NCBI GenBank assembly: GCA_050014355.1
Contig: JBEKDL010000002.1
Coordinates: 2,503 to 66,502 of the forward strand
Length of the DNA: 64,000 nucleotides
DNA from: Dehalococcoidales bacterium
Lineage (GTDB): Bacteria > Chloroflexota > Dehalococcoidia > Dehalococcoidales > RBG-16-60-22
Direction: 5' to 3'
Made by a program: the position numbers and the translations under genes. This document shows, piece by piece, positions 8,879 through 18,804 of the stretch. The notes below the pieces were generated by a model. That model did no database searches and had not been told where the DNA came from. It was given only the letters and a program-made list of their open reading frames with translations. Every line of letters begins with the position of its first letter. The first letter of the stretch is position 1.

Positions 8879-10510
8879 ATGAGCCAAGTAAGTTCTCTGG
8901 CCGGCCAGGACTTAAGGGACATGTTCCAGGCGGCAACTACCTGGCTGGAAAAAAGCTCGGCGGATATCGATGCTCTGAACGTATTCCCGGTGCCGGACGG
9001 CGATACCGGGACGAATATGATGCTCACCATGCGTTCCACGATGGAAGAGGCCTTCCGCGCCCCTGACCACAGCGCCGCGGGCGTCGCCCATGCCATGGCC
9101 AGGGGGGCTCTGATGGGGGCGCGCGGCAATAGCGGCGTCATCCTTTCCCAGATATGGCGCGGGCTGGCGCAGGGCCTGGATGATAAAGATTCCTTTGTCG
9201 CTGAAGACCTGGCCGGGGCTTTAAAGCAATGCGTGGCAACGGCCTATAAAGCGGTATCCAATCCGGTGGAAGGGACAATGCTGACGGTTATCAAGGATGC
9301 CGCCAAGGCCGCTGAATCCAGCGTAAAAGAAGGCGAAAAGGATATCGTATTGGTACTGGAGGCTACGGTCAGCGCCGCCGGCGAGTCCGTGGCCCGGACG
9401 CCCAAGCTGCTGAAAGTCTTGAAAGACGCCGGGGTGGTTGATGCCGGGGGGCAGGGCCTTTATACGATTTTAGAGGGCGCGCTCCGCTATCTCAAGGGGG
9501 AAACGGAGCTCATGCGCCTCCGCAAACCCCAGATAATCGTCAGCGAGATTCACGCCGCAACGCCGGTGACCTTCGGGCCGGTAGTAGAGGTGCCTTACGG
9601 GTATTGCACCGAGTTCCTTCTGAAGGGGGAAAAACTGGAGCCGGATACGCTGCGCAGGAGATTGGAAAAGAAGGGCGAGTCCCTGATGGTCGTCGGCGAT
9701 GATTCAGCCGTCCGCATCCACATCCATACCCTCACCCCGGGGAACATCATCGAGCTTGCCACCAAGCTGGGCACCCTGCACCAGGTCAGCGTCCGCAATA
9801 TGGACGAGCAGCACCAGGACTTCCTGGAAATGCAGAAGGAGAGAATGCCCACCACCGATACGGCCGTCATCGCGGTGGCCAGCGGAGACGGACTGATTGA
9901 AGTCTTCGGCAGCCTGGGCGCTGCGGCGGTCGTCCCCGGCGGCCAGACGATGAACCCGAGCACCAAAGACATCCTCCGCGCGGTGGACTCGGTGCCTTCG
10001 GAACAAATCATTATATTGCCTAATAATAAAAATATCATCCTGACCGCCAACCAGGTACAGAATCTGACTCAAAAGAAAGTGTCCATAGTACCCTCGAAGT
10101 CCATTCCGGAGGGTGTGGTGGCGCTATTGGCTTTCGATTATGAGGCTGATTTCAAGACCAACGCCCGGATAATGGAAAACTCTCTGGCATCGGTGAAGAC
10201 GATTGAGGTCACCCGCTCCATACGGGCGACGAAAATAAACGGCCTCAAGATACAAAAGAAGCAGCCTATCGCCCTGCTCGATGACGAACTTATCGCCGCG
10301 GGCGAGACTAACATCGAAGTCATCAATAAAGTGTTATCCAAACTCGACCTGGAGCAAGCCGAGGTAATCACCGTTTACTACGGGTCCGAGGCCGAAGTAT
10401 CCGAGGCCGAGCAATTCAGCGCCGGCATTACCAAACAATTCCCGCACCTGCAGGTAGAGGTGATCCGCGGCGGTCAGCCGCATTATAGCTACATTATTTC
10501 AATCGAATAG
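8879..10510 (+). CDS. yloV: DAK2-domain fusion protein (YloV family)
   Basis: 543 aa with the DAK2 phosphate-binding motif PDGDTGTNM near the N-terminus. It shows the usual pairing with a downstream DegV gene. Confidence 0.85.
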   Translation: MSQVSSLAGQDLRDMFQAATTWLEKSSADIDALNVFPVPDGDTGTNMMLTMRSTMEEAFRAPDHSAAGVAHAMARGALMGARGNSGVILSQIWRGLAQGLDDKDSFVAEDLAGALKQCVATAYKAVSNPVEGTMLTVIKDAAKAAESSVKEGEKDIVLVLEATVSAAGESVARTPKLLKVLKDAGVVDAGGQGLYTILEGALRYLKGETELMRLRKPQIIVSEIHAATPVTFGPVVEVPYGYCTEFLLKGEKLEPDTLRRRLEKKGESLMVVGDDSAVRIHIHTLTPGNIIELATKLGTLHQVSVRNMDEQHQDFLEMQKERMPTTDTAVIAVASGDGLIEVFGSLGAAAVVPGGQTMNPSTKDILRAVDSVPSEQIIILPNNKNIILTANQVQNLTQKKVSIVPSKSIPEGVVALLAFDYEADFKTNARIMENSLASVKTIEVTRSIRATKINGLKIQKKQPIALLDDELIAAGETNIEVINKVLSKLDLEQAEVITVYYGSEAEVSEAEQFSAGITKQFPHLQVEVIRGGQPHYSYIISIE

Positions 10511-10525
10511 GGAGGTAGTATCGGC

Positions 10526-11362
10526 ATGACAGTTAAAATAGTTACTGATACCCTGTCCGATATAACCGGTGACTTGGCTGCAGAACTGGGGGTTGCAGTT
10601 GTTCCTCTCTATGTGCGTTTCGGAGAGTCTATCTACCGCGACAGAGTGGAGATAAGCTCCGATGAGTTCTATCGGCGGCTGATAAATGAGTCCGTTTTCC
10701 CTTCGACAACACAGCCGACTCCTAATGACTTTCTCGAAGTCTATAAAAAGCTGGCCAAAGAAACCGACGAGATTCTGGTCATCACCGTTTCCAGCAAGCT
10801 TAGCGGCACCTATCAATCAGCTATTCAGGCCAGGGACCTTTTAAAGAGGGAATGCCGGATAGAGGTAATCGATTCGCTCTCGGTAGCCATGGGCTTCGGG
10901 CTAATCGTCATCGACGTTGCCGGGGCGGTCAAGGGAGGCGCGAACCTAGATGAAGCGGCGGCACTGGCGCGTAAGTCCCTGCCGAAGTCGCATCTCATCG
11001 CTTACTTCGATACGCTGAAGTACCTCGCCCGGGGCGGGCGTATCGGCAAAGCACAGGGGCTTCTGGGCTCGATGTTATCGGTCAAGCCGCTGCTTACTAT
11101 CAGGGAAGGCGAGATGGCCCCCCTGACCCGGGTGCGCTCGTTCAGCTCCGGGCTGGACTATGTTTTCAACGCGGTGGCGGCTATTCGCAACATTAAACTG
11201 CTGGCCGTGGAGCATTCTACCTCTCTGGAGAACGCGGACAAGCTGGTGCAAAAACTCGGTTCTATCTACCCTAAAGAACGCATTTACCGTTCGGTAATAA
11301 GCCCCGTTATAGGGACCTACGCCGGCCCTGATGCCATGGCGATTTCTATCCTCGAGGCTTAA
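10526..11362 (+). CDS. DegV family fatty-acid-binding protein
   Basis: 278 aa, MTVKIVTDTLSDI...VITVSSKLSGTYQSA...GPDAMAI, typical of DegV. Confidence 0.9.
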   Translation: MTVKIVTDTLSDITGDLAAELGVAVVPLYVRFGESIYRDRVEISSDEFYRRLINESVFPSTTQPTPNDFLEVYKKLAKETDEILVITVSSKLSGTYQSAIQARDLLKRECRIEVIDSLSVAMGFGLIVIDVAGAVKGGANLDEAAALARKSLPKSHLIAYFDTLKYLARGGRIGKAQGLLGSMLSVKPLLTIREGEMAPLTRVRSFSSGLDYVFNAVAAIRNIKLLAVEHSTSLENADKLVQKLGSIYPKERIYRSVISPVIGTYAGPDAMAISILEA

Positions 11363-11370
11363 ATGTTGGT

Positions 11371-11664
11371 ATGACGGTAAAAATCGTCACGGATAGCGTT
11401 TCCGACATTCCTCCGGCCATTGCTGACGGACTGGGCATTACAGTAGTACCCTTATAGATAGTTTTCAACTCCCGTACCGCTTTAGCAAGATTGAGGAGGT
11501 GGCTGTCGAGGATGCCACCACGCCTGGCGAAGCTGAAATGCTCCTGGACAGGCTCGGCATTATCTTCCCGAGAGAGCGCATCTACTGCGCCAAGGTAAGC
11601 CCGGTCATCGGCACTAACGTTGGGCCGCGCGTTATCGGCGTGGCGGTGCTGGGGGATAAATAAG
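11371..11664 (+). pseudogene. Decayed second DegV paralog with only the N- and C-terminal ends left
   Basis: ATG 11371 reads MTVKIVTDSVSDIPPAIADGLGITVVPL and then hits TAG 11455-57. Another frame (about 11427-11660) reads ...KIEEVAVEDATTPGEAEMLLDRLGIIFPRERIYCAKVSPVIGTNVGPRVIG... Both pieces parallel the ends of the intact DegV at 10526-11362, and about 190 central codons are missing. Confidence 0.7.
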
Positions 11665-11721
11665 CCTCCCCCGTGCTTTTACCCCGCAATTTGTCTATAA
11701 TATTGGCGAAACGTCTGACTT

Positions 11722-14166
11722 ATGAACGCCGATTCTTTACGTAAAGTCCTTGAGCTCGAGCGCCAGCGCGGTTACGCGGATACCGCCGTCTTCGGCGGCC
11801 TGGATAAATTCCTGCCTAACTGGGCCGGCCAGGCGGCGACCTCGATAGCCAGCCCCACTTTGCTGCGGCGCTTCCGCAAGCTTTTCAAGGCCGGCTACGG
11901 CGCGATGAGCACTGAAAAGCGCCGCCAATGGACGCAGGATGTCCTCGCTTTCCTTGATGAAACAGAAAAGAAAACGAACACCGCGGCGAAACCCATTAAA
12001 ACTAAATCGCCCGCGACGCCCTGGAAAACCGTTCCAAAAGTGAAAAAACCGGCAAGTGTCACATCGGACCTGGATGCGCCGGTTACGGTTGTGAAGGGCA
12101 TCAGCACCGTACTGGCCGCTAAATTCGGTAAGCTGGGCGTGAAGACAGTGCGCGACCTGCTCTACTTTTTCCCCCACCGCCACCTCGACTACAGCAAACT
12201 CAAATCCATCTCGCAGCTGGCCGAGGGCGAAGAACAGACCATTATCGCTAACGTCTGGCAGGCGCAGGAGACCCGGCCGGGCGGCCGCCGCAGCACCGAG
12301 GCCATCGTCGGCGATGAGACGGGCAATATCCGCGTCGTCTGGTTCAACCAGCCCTACCTGGCCAGGACGCTGACGACCAACAGCAAGATAATTCTTTCAG
12401 GGCGTGTCAGCGTGTACCATGGCCGGCAGATGTTCGTCTCGCCGGACTGGGAACTGATGGAAGGCCAAGACTTCGTACACACGGCGCGGCTGGTGCCGGT
12501 CTACCCGCTTACCCAGGGACTGCGCCCGCGCCAGGTCAGGCGGCTGATGAAGGGCTTTATCGACCTGTGGGCCGGACGCGTTACCGACTTCCTCCCAACC
12601 ACGCTGCGACAGCGCCTTGGCTTCCCGGAGCTGCCGGCAGCCATTGGCCAGGCGCATTATCCGGATGATGAGGCGAGTAAAGACAGGGCCAGGGTGAGGC
12701 TGGCCTTCGATGAGCTTTTCCTGCTCCAGCTTGGCGTGATGAGGAAGAAGCGCGACTGGCAGAAGAGCCGCCCGGGCAGGCCTCTCGATGTAAAAAAAGA
12801 GATATTGCAAAAGTTCCTGGACTCGCTGCCGTATACACTAACAGTTGCCCAGGACAAAGTGCTCGGGGAGATTATTGCTGACCTGGGAAAGGACCTGCCG
12901 ATGTGCCGCCTGCTCCAGGGCGAGGTAGGAAGTGGCAAGACCGTCGTCGCGACGGCGGCACTGCTGCTGGCGGTGGCCAGCGGCTTTCAGGGCGCTTTCA
13001 TGGCGCCGACGGAAATCCTGGCGGTTCAGCATTTCGCCACCATCGGCGGACTTTTAGCGAAGATAGGCCGGGAGGAGGGGGAGGATAATATAAAGTGCTA
13101 TTACGGGCTCGGTGAACACCCTGTGAGAATAGCTTTGCTTATCGGCGATATCAAGCAGGCCGGAAAAAAGGCGATACAGAAGCAAATCAAGAACGGCGAA
13201 ATCGATATCGTTATCGGAACGCATGCCCTGGTGCAGAAGGGCGTCGATTTTCATAATCTTGGACTGGCGGTGGTGGACGAACAGCACCGCTTCGGGGTGG
13301 AACAGCGGGCGGCACTGCGGGAGAAAGGCTTTAATCCCCACATGCTGGTCATGACGGCCACGCCGATACCGCGCACCCTGGCGCTCACGCTTTACGGCGA
13401 CCTGGACCTCTCCGTAATTAGCGAGCTGCCACCGGGCCGGCAGACAGTCAAGACCAAATGGCTCCGGCCTGACCAGCGTGAGAGCGCCTATGCCTTTATC
13501 CGCAAACAGATAGCCGCGGGACGCCAGGCTTTCATTCTTTGTCCCCTCATCGAGGAGTCGGATGCCGTGGCCGCGCAGGCGGCGGTGGTCGAGCATGAGC
13601 GCCTGTCCCGTGAGGTCTTCCCGGATTTAAAGCTCGGCTTGCTGCATGGTCGGCTGTCATCTAAAAACAAGGACGCCGTCATGGAGAGCTTCCGCGCCGG
13701 CGCACTGGATATGCTGGTCTCGACGCCAGTTATCGAGGTCGGCATCGATATTCCCAACGCTACGGTGATGCTCATCGAGAGCGCCGACCGATTCGGACTT
13801 TCGCAACTGCACCAGTTCCGCGGGCGGGTGGGGCGGGGACAGGAGCAGAGCTACTGCATGCTGCTGGCAGAGAACCCGTCCGAGGTCGCCAGGCTACGAC
13901 TTGACATAATAGAAAATACCGGGGACGGTTTCAAGCTGGCTGAAGAAGACCTGAAAATGCGCGGGCCGGGCGAGTTCTTCGGTACGCGCCAGAGCGGCCT
14001 GCCCGACCTGCGCATGGCCAGAATCTCCGATGTCGCCCTGCTGGAACTGGCCCGCGCCGAGGCCATCAGGCTCTTTCAAACAGACCCCGACTTTAAAAAG
14101 CCGGAAAACCGCCTTCTCTCTGCGGAACTGACGCGCGTCTGGAGCGGCACCAGCGAATGGAGCTAG
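11722..14166 (+). CDS. recG: ATP-dependent DNA helicase RecG
   Basis: 814 aa with Walker A GEVGSGKT, the DEQHRFG box and QLHQFRGRVGRG, plus a wedge-domain region upstream. Confidence 0.95.
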   Translation: MNADSLRKVLELERQRGYADTAVFGGLDKFLPNWAGQAATSIASPTLLRRFRKLFKAGYGAMSTEKRRQWTQDVLAFLDETEKKTNTAAKPIKTKSPATPWKTVPKVKKPASVTSDLDAPVTVVKGISTVLAAKFGKLGVKTVRDLLYFFPHRHLDYSKLKSISQLAEGEEQTIIANVWQAQETRPGGRRSTEAIVGDETGNIRVVWFNQPYLARTLTTNSKIILSGRVSVYHGRQMFVSPDWELMEGQDFVHTARLVPVYPLTQGLRPRQVRRLMKGFIDLWAGRVTDFLPTTLRQRLGFPELPAAIGQAHYPDDEASKDRARVRLAFDELFLLQLGVMRKKRDWQKSRPGRPLDVKKEILQKFLDSLPYTLTVAQDKVLGEIIADLGKDLPMCRLLQGEVGSGKTVVATAALLLAVASGFQGAFMAPTEILAVQHFATIGGLLAKIGREEGEDNIKCYYGLGEHPVRIALLIGDIKQAGKKAIQKQIKNGEIDIVIGTHALVQKGVDFHNLGLAVVDEQHRFGVEQRAALREKGFNPHMLVMTATPIPRTLALTLYGDLDLSVISELPPGRQTVKTKWLRPDQRESAYAFIRKQIAAGRQAFILCPLIEESDAVAAQAAVVEHERLSREVFPDLKLGLLHGRLSSKNKDAVMESFRAGALDMLVSTPVIEVGIDIPNATVMLIESADRFGLSQLHQFRGRVGRGQEQSYCMLLAENPSEVARLRLDIIENTGDGFKLAEEDLKMRGPGEFFGTRQSGLPDLRMARISDVALLELARAEAIRLFQTDPDFKKPENRLLSAELTRVWSGTSEWS

Positions 14167-14357
14167 CATTTATTGGTAAAAATATCAAAAAGAAAATTGG
14201 TAAGATAGTTAAGATAAGTGAAGAAAAGTTAAGAAAAGTAAAAAAATAAGTTCAAAATCTCAATAATTTCTTTATCCTAATTTAACGCTTTCTTTACGCT
14301 ATATTACACGATGCCGTGATATACTCTTGGCAAGATTGCAGAAAGTAGGATTCGGAT

Positions 14358-14798
14358 ATGAATAAAGCGCTAAGAATCCTGTTAAACGGAAAACATAAAA
14401 TAATATATCTCTTGAGCGCCCTGGTCACCTTGGTGGTCATGGACGGGGTAATGACGCAGTTCCTGGTGGGAAAAGGGGCGGCGAAGGAAGCTAATCCGTT
14501 GCTGGAGCCACTGGTGGGGCAAACTGGTTTTATGATTTTAAAGGTAGTCGGGGCGTTATTATGTGCCTTTATCCTCTGGGATGTCCACCGGCGTTTCCCC
14601 AGGGTGGGGGCGTTTCCCCAGGGTGGGGATAATCGCTTCATGGATTGCGGTTATCGGTTACGCGGTTATCGTGGCCTGGAATGCCAGTCTTATCCTTCTA
14701 GCATAAGGTCGGTGATTTCGATGCTCGCCAGGCGCCTCCAGAGCGGTATTGTTTCAGGTATAATATCCACGAACTGTACTTCGCGCGGTAGCTTATAG
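14358..14798 (+). CDS. DUF5658-like small membrane protein, reading frame shifted by a 19-bp tandem duplication
   Basis: The N-terminal 80 aa form hydrophobic helices with an E-x-NPL motif. After codon 80 the as-is frame becomes hydrophilic and runs into the convergent gene. Removing one repeat copy restores RRFPRVGIIASWIAVIGYAVIVAWNASLILLA-stop, with TAA at 14704-06. Confidence 0.6.
   Translation: MNKALRILLNGKHKIIYLLSALVTLVVMDGVMTQFLVGKGAAKEANPLLEPLVGQTGFMILKVVGALLCAFILWDVHRRFPRVGAFPQGGDNRFMDCGYRLRGYRGLECQSYPSSIRSVISMLARRLQSGIVSGIISTNCTSRGSL
14591..14628. repeat. Perfect 19-bp tandem duplication (GCGTTTCCCCAGGGTGGGG x2)
   Basis: Copy 1 (14591-14609) and copy 2 (14610-14628) are identical, read directly from the sequence. 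Confidence 0.95.
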
Positions 14799-16225
14799 TT
14801 CGCCATGCGCCCCTGGCAGTAATGGCGTATCTCCTGTTCTGTGGCTTTCTCTCCCGGTTTCAGGCGCACGATGGCCTTTATCGTTTCCCCTCTTACGATA
14901 TCGGCAACGCCTTGCACTTTCACCTCGGCTATTTTGGGGTGGGTGGCCATGAATTCCTCGATATCGGCAGGAAAGACGTTCTGGCCCTTTAGAATGATCA
15001 TTCTGCGCTTCCGGCCGGTGATATAGAGAAGGCCGTTTTCATCCAGTCTGCCGATGTCCCCGGTATGCAGCCAGCCGTGGCGCAATATTTTTGCCGTAGC
15101 CTCGGGTTTATTGTAAAATCCCGTCATTACGGGACCCTTGGTGACAATCTCGCCTTCCTGGCCGGGGGGAAGCTCGTTATCATTTTCGTCGAAGATTTTT
15201 ATCTCCCAGCATGGCATAGCTTTTCCGGACGCGCCGGCCGGGGCGCTGTTATCGAGGGGGCAGACGGTAATCTGGCATACCGTCTCGGTCTGGCCGTAAA
15301 CATCCAGGATGTTTATGCCGTAGTATTTCTTGAACAGGTTTATCACGATAGGCTCGAGCGGTGCGCCGCCGCTGAAGCAGAGCCGTAGCGAGCTTAAATC
15401 GTGCTTGATGCCTTCGCGCCTGGCGATATTTATCATCAGCGCGAAAATATAGGGGACGCCCATGTATATCGTTCCCTTTTCCCGCTCCACAGTTTCCATG
15501 AAGCTCTGCACCGAGCGCCCGGTGCCCGGCACGACCAAGATGGTACTTCCTTGGTATATCGAGGCCATCAGGACCGCCGTCAGGCCGAACTGGTGGTACA
15601 TGGGCAGGGCGAACTCGATGACAACATCTTTTTCCGTCTGCTGCAGCACTTCAGCGGTGTTTATGGCCTCGATGCAGATGTTGCGTTGGGAAAGGGCCAC
15701 GCCGTGCGGTTTCTGCGTGGGGCCTCCGGTGTAAGAGATAATGGCGATATCGTCCGGCTTGATTTTAATATTCAAGGGTTCGGCCGGGTTCTCGGCAATG
15801 ATTTTAGCGTAATCGATGAACTGTTTTTCGTAGGCGGGGTCGAAGGTTATCACATGCCTGACGGTATTAAAGCGGGGTATGTCCGGCAGGAGCGAGGCCA
15901 GGGGAGGGTTTTCCACCACCAGCACTTTAGGGCGGCAGTCGTTAAACAGGCTGACCAGCTCATCAGCGACATAGCGGGAATCGAGCGGCACAGCGATGCC
16001 GCCGGCCTTCATGATGCCGAAGAAAATAGACACGAATTCCGGGTTGCTGGCCTGAATCATGGCCACGCGGTCGCCCTTTTTCACGCCGAGCTTAATCAGG
16101 GCATGGGCGACCCGGTTGGAGTCCTGGTCCAACTGCGCGTAAGTAACGCGGCGTTCGCCCATCGCGATGGCCGTTTTGCCGCCAAAGAGCCTGACGGTGT
16201 TATCCAGCATCAATTTCAGGTTCAT
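14690..16225 (-). CDS. AMP-dependent acyl-/aryl-CoA ligase
   Basis: The ORF track gives 14690-16312; ATG 16225 (MNLKLMLDNTV) is the likelier start. ANL-family motifs are present: YTGGPTQKPHGV (a deviant P-loop), GWLHTGDIG and GRKRRMIILKG. Confidence 0.85.
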   Translation of the reverse strand: MNLKLMLDNTVRLFGGKTAIAMGERRVTYAQLDQDSNRVAHALIKLGVKKGDRVAMIQASNPEFVSIFFGIMKAGGIAVPLDSRYVADELVSLFNDCRPKVLVVENPPLASLLPDIPRFNTVRHVITFDPAYEKQFIDYAKIIAENPAEPLNIKIKPDDIAIISYTGGPTQKPHGVALSQRNICIEAINTAEVLQQTEKDVVIEFALPMYHQFGLTAVLMASIYQGSTILVVPGTGRSVQSFMETVEREKGTIYMGVPYIFALMINIARREGIKHDLSSLRLCFSGGAPLEPIVINLFKKYYGINILDVYGQTETVCQITVCPLDNSAPAGASGKAMPCWEIKIFDENDNELPPGQEGEIVTKGPVMTGFYNKPEATAKILRHGWLHTGDIGRLDENGLLYITGRKRRMIILKGQNVFPADIEEFMATHPKIAEVKVQGVADIVRGETIKAIVRLKPGEKATEQEIRHYCQGRMANYKLPREVQFVDIIPETIPLWRRLASIEITDLMLEG

Positions 16226-16406
16226 GGCTCTTCCCTGCTGACCTTTCTGGAAATAATAGACTCTTACATCGCCGACTATCAGAAAATTATTTGGATAAAA
16301 CAAGTATATCAAACATGGGCCGCTCTTGGAAAGCTTTTTAATTGACGACTTGCTTGAAACCGTGTTAACTTAGTGATAGGAAAACAGAAGACCGGAGCTA
16401 TGGGTT

Positions 16407-17546
16407 ATGGTCGCTACCGAATTTCCCGCTTTAGATGAAATATTAAGTCTATTAAAGGACCAGCTGGAGGTAATTAAACGTTCGGGTAGGCCGGTGATAG
16501 GCTGGTTTTGCAGCTATACACCGCTGGAAATACTGCTTGCGGCCGGGCTTCAGCCTTACCGCATTTTACCTGAACCGGGGAAGGCCATCACCCGCGCCGA
16601 TAGCTACATCGACCGCAATTTCTGCCCCTATGTGCGCACCTGCCTCGGCGAAGCCCTGGAAGGCACGTACAAATTCCTCGAGGGGCTGGTGGTTGTCAAC
16701 TCCTGTGATGCCATGCGGCGCATGTACGACGTCTGGCGCTATAATATCGGCGGAGATTTTATCCACCTGCTGGACTTGCCCCGTGTCAACAGCCCCGAAG
16801 CCGCGGCCTACTACCGCGAATGCCTGCAAAAACTTACCGGGGAGATTGAAGCTCATTTCAAGGTACCGGTAACTGATAGAAAGCTGGCGGAGGCTATCAA
16901 ATCATTAAATAACTGGCGGTCATTGCTCCGTGAGCTTTATAAAGTAAACAGAGATAAAGGTTTTCCGCTGACGGCGGCGCAGGTCCATACGGTGGTCAGG
17001 GCGGGCACGACGTTGCCCATCGATGTTTTTAACGGCGCTTTAGAGCGACTAATAGATAACCTCGGTAAAAGCGATTCCGTGAGCGTTGACGAAGGCCCGC
17101 GGATTTTAATCACGGGCAGCATCATGGACAATCCGCGGATACTGGAGCTCATCGGGGAATGCGGGTCGAAAGTGGTGGCCGACGACCTTTGCACGGGGAC
17201 GAGGCAGTTCTGGGACACGGTCGAACGCGCGGCCGACCCCCTGACGGACTTGAGCCGTCATTATCTCGGGCGCACGCCTTGCCCGCGCATGAAGGACGCC
17301 TCGAGAAGGTTCGACCATGTCCTTGAAATGATTGATGAGTTCCGGGTCGATGGCGTGATATTTTACACCATGAAGTTCTGCGACCCATTTCTTTTCGATG
17401 TCCCGCTGTTTAAGGAAGGGCTTGCCCGAAGAGGTCTTCCGTCTCTGTTGCTGGAGGGCGATTACACGCCGGGGACGCTGGGCAGGGTCAAAACGCGCAT
17501 CGAGGCTTTTACTGAGATGTTGAGGCAGAATGTTAGAGCAGCTTAA
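16407..17546 (+). CDS. 2-hydroxyacyl-CoA dehydratase / BcrC-BadD-HgdB family subunit
   Basis: 379 aa. GRPVIGWFCSYTPLEILLAAGLQPYRIL and the C-terminal VDGVIFYTMKFCDP are typical of the HGD-D family. Confidence 0.8.
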   Translation: MVATEFPALDEILSLLKDQLEVIKRSGRPVIGWFCSYTPLEILLAAGLQPYRILPEPGKAITRADSYIDRNFCPYVRTCLGEALEGTYKFLEGLVVVNSCDAMRRMYDVWRYNIGGDFIHLLDLPRVNSPEAAAYYRECLQKLTGEIEAHFKVPVTDRKLAEAIKSLNNWRSLLRELYKVNRDKGFPLTAAQVHTVVRAGTTLPIDVFNGALERLIDNLGKSDSVSVDEGPRILITGSIMDNPRILELIGECGSKVVADDLCTGTRQFWDTVERAADPLTDLSRHYLGRTPCPRMKDASRRFDHVLEMIDEFRVDGVIFYTMKFCDPFLFDVPLFKEGLARRGLPSLLLEGDYTPGTLGRVKTRIEAFTEMLRQNVRAA

Positions 17547-18804
17547 GTCTACTGTGACCGGCCCCGCGGTAACTACGGAATTTTTAAGGCATCCGCTGGC
17601 CTATGACCTGATGGCCGCCGTCGGCAAGCGCGTCTACTCGCGCCGGGGCAAAGGCGCCGAAGGGATATGGCTGGATTTTATCTCACACCAGATAAAGGCC
17701 GGCCTGAAGAGGCAGGGGCTGGTGGTGTGGGCCAACGCCTTTTTCCCGTTCGAACTGCTTTACGGGCTGGGCGTAACGCCGTATCACCCGGAATCGATTG
17801 CGGCCACGGCCGCCGCTCTGGGATTGAGCCGGGAGGCGATAAATTGCGCCGAGTCCGGTAGCTATTCTCCCGATATCTGCTCTTTCTACCGCTGCGCCAT
17901 CGGACTGGACATGGAAGGTCTGCTGCCGCCGCCGGATTTCATGGTCTCGGCCTCTTACCTGTGCGAAGGCGCGGTTAAGTCATTCCAGAATGTCGCCAGG
18001 GACTACGACTGCGAGCACTATCTGCTCGATGTCCCCTACCATCACACGGAAAAGTCCCGGGAATACGTGGCCGGCCAGTTGCAGGAGCTGGCGCAGATTA
18101 TCGCTAAAAAGCAGGGGAGGCCGGTCGATAAAGAAAAGCTGGCCGGGGCGCTGCGCCTTTCCAACGAGAGCCGGGACTACCAGCTTAAAATTAACGAGCT
18201 GCGGAAAGCCTCGCCGTGTCCCCTTTCCGCGGAAGACGCCACCAGCTACATACCGGATATGCGCTTTTTCAGCCCGGGCAGCGAGGCGGGAGTCAGGTTT
18301 TTTAAAGCCCTGCACGATGAGGTAAAGGGCAGGGTATCTCGCGGCCGGGGGGTGGTCATTAACCAGAGATACAGACTGCTCTGGCTCCACTACGTCCGGC
18401 CCTACTATCCCAACGAAATCATCCGCTACCTGGAGTCCAACGGGGCGGCGGTGTGTTTCAATGAAGCGGCCCATGTCTACTGGGCGCCCCTTGACCCCGA
18501 GAATCCTTACCGGAGCCTGGCGGATAAGGTCTTATCCATGCCTAACGGCGGGCCGCTGGAGCGCCGGGCGGAGCTGGCTTTAAGGCTGGCCGGAGAGTAC
18601 CAGGTCGACGGCGTCATCCACTTTTCGCACCGGGGCTGCCGCCAGAGCTGTGGCGGAGAGTATGTTATCCGGGACCTGATGCGGAAAAAAGATATACCCA
18701 TGTTGATACTCGACGGCGATGCCATCGACAGCCGCAACTACTCCAAAGAGCCGACGAGATTGAGGCTGGAGGCTTTCCTGGAAATGCTGGAGGCGAAGAA
18801 ATGA
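17530..18804 (+). CDS. 2-hydroxyacyl-CoA dehydratase family subunit (second component)
   Basis: 424 aa and overlaps the upstream gene by 17 nt. VVWANAFFPFELLYGLGVTPYHPE and VDGVIHFSHRGCRQS are typical of the family. Confidence 0.8.
   Translation: MLEQLKSTVTGPAVTTEFLRHPLAYDLMAAVGKRVYSRRGKGAEGIWLDFISHQIKAGLKRQGLVVWANAFFPFELLYGLGVTPYHPESIAATAAALGLSREAINCAESGSYSPDICSFYRCAIGLDMEGLLPPPDFMVSASYLCEGAVKSFQNVARDYDCEHYLLDVPYHHTEKSREYVAGQLQELAQIIAKKQGRPVDKEKLAGALRLSNESRDYQLKINELRKASPCPLSAEDATSYIPDMRFFSPGSEAGVRFFKALHDEVKGRVSRGRGVVINQRYRLLWLHYVRPYYPNEIIRYLESNGAAVCFNEAAHVYWAPLDPENPYRSLADKVLSMPNGGPLERRAELALRLAGEYQVDGVIHFSHRGCRQSCGGEYVIRDLMRKKDIPMLILDGDAIDSRNYSKEPTRLRLEAFLEMLEAKK

Noticed and set aside
14167-14300. 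Purine-rich, AT-rich tract with loosely repeated AAGTTAAGAAAAG units, considered as a CRISPR-like or tandem-repeat array.
   Set aside because: The units are short, imperfect and irregularly spaced, with no repeat-spacer periodicity. It is more likely a curved-DNA or UP-element-type promoter region after recG.
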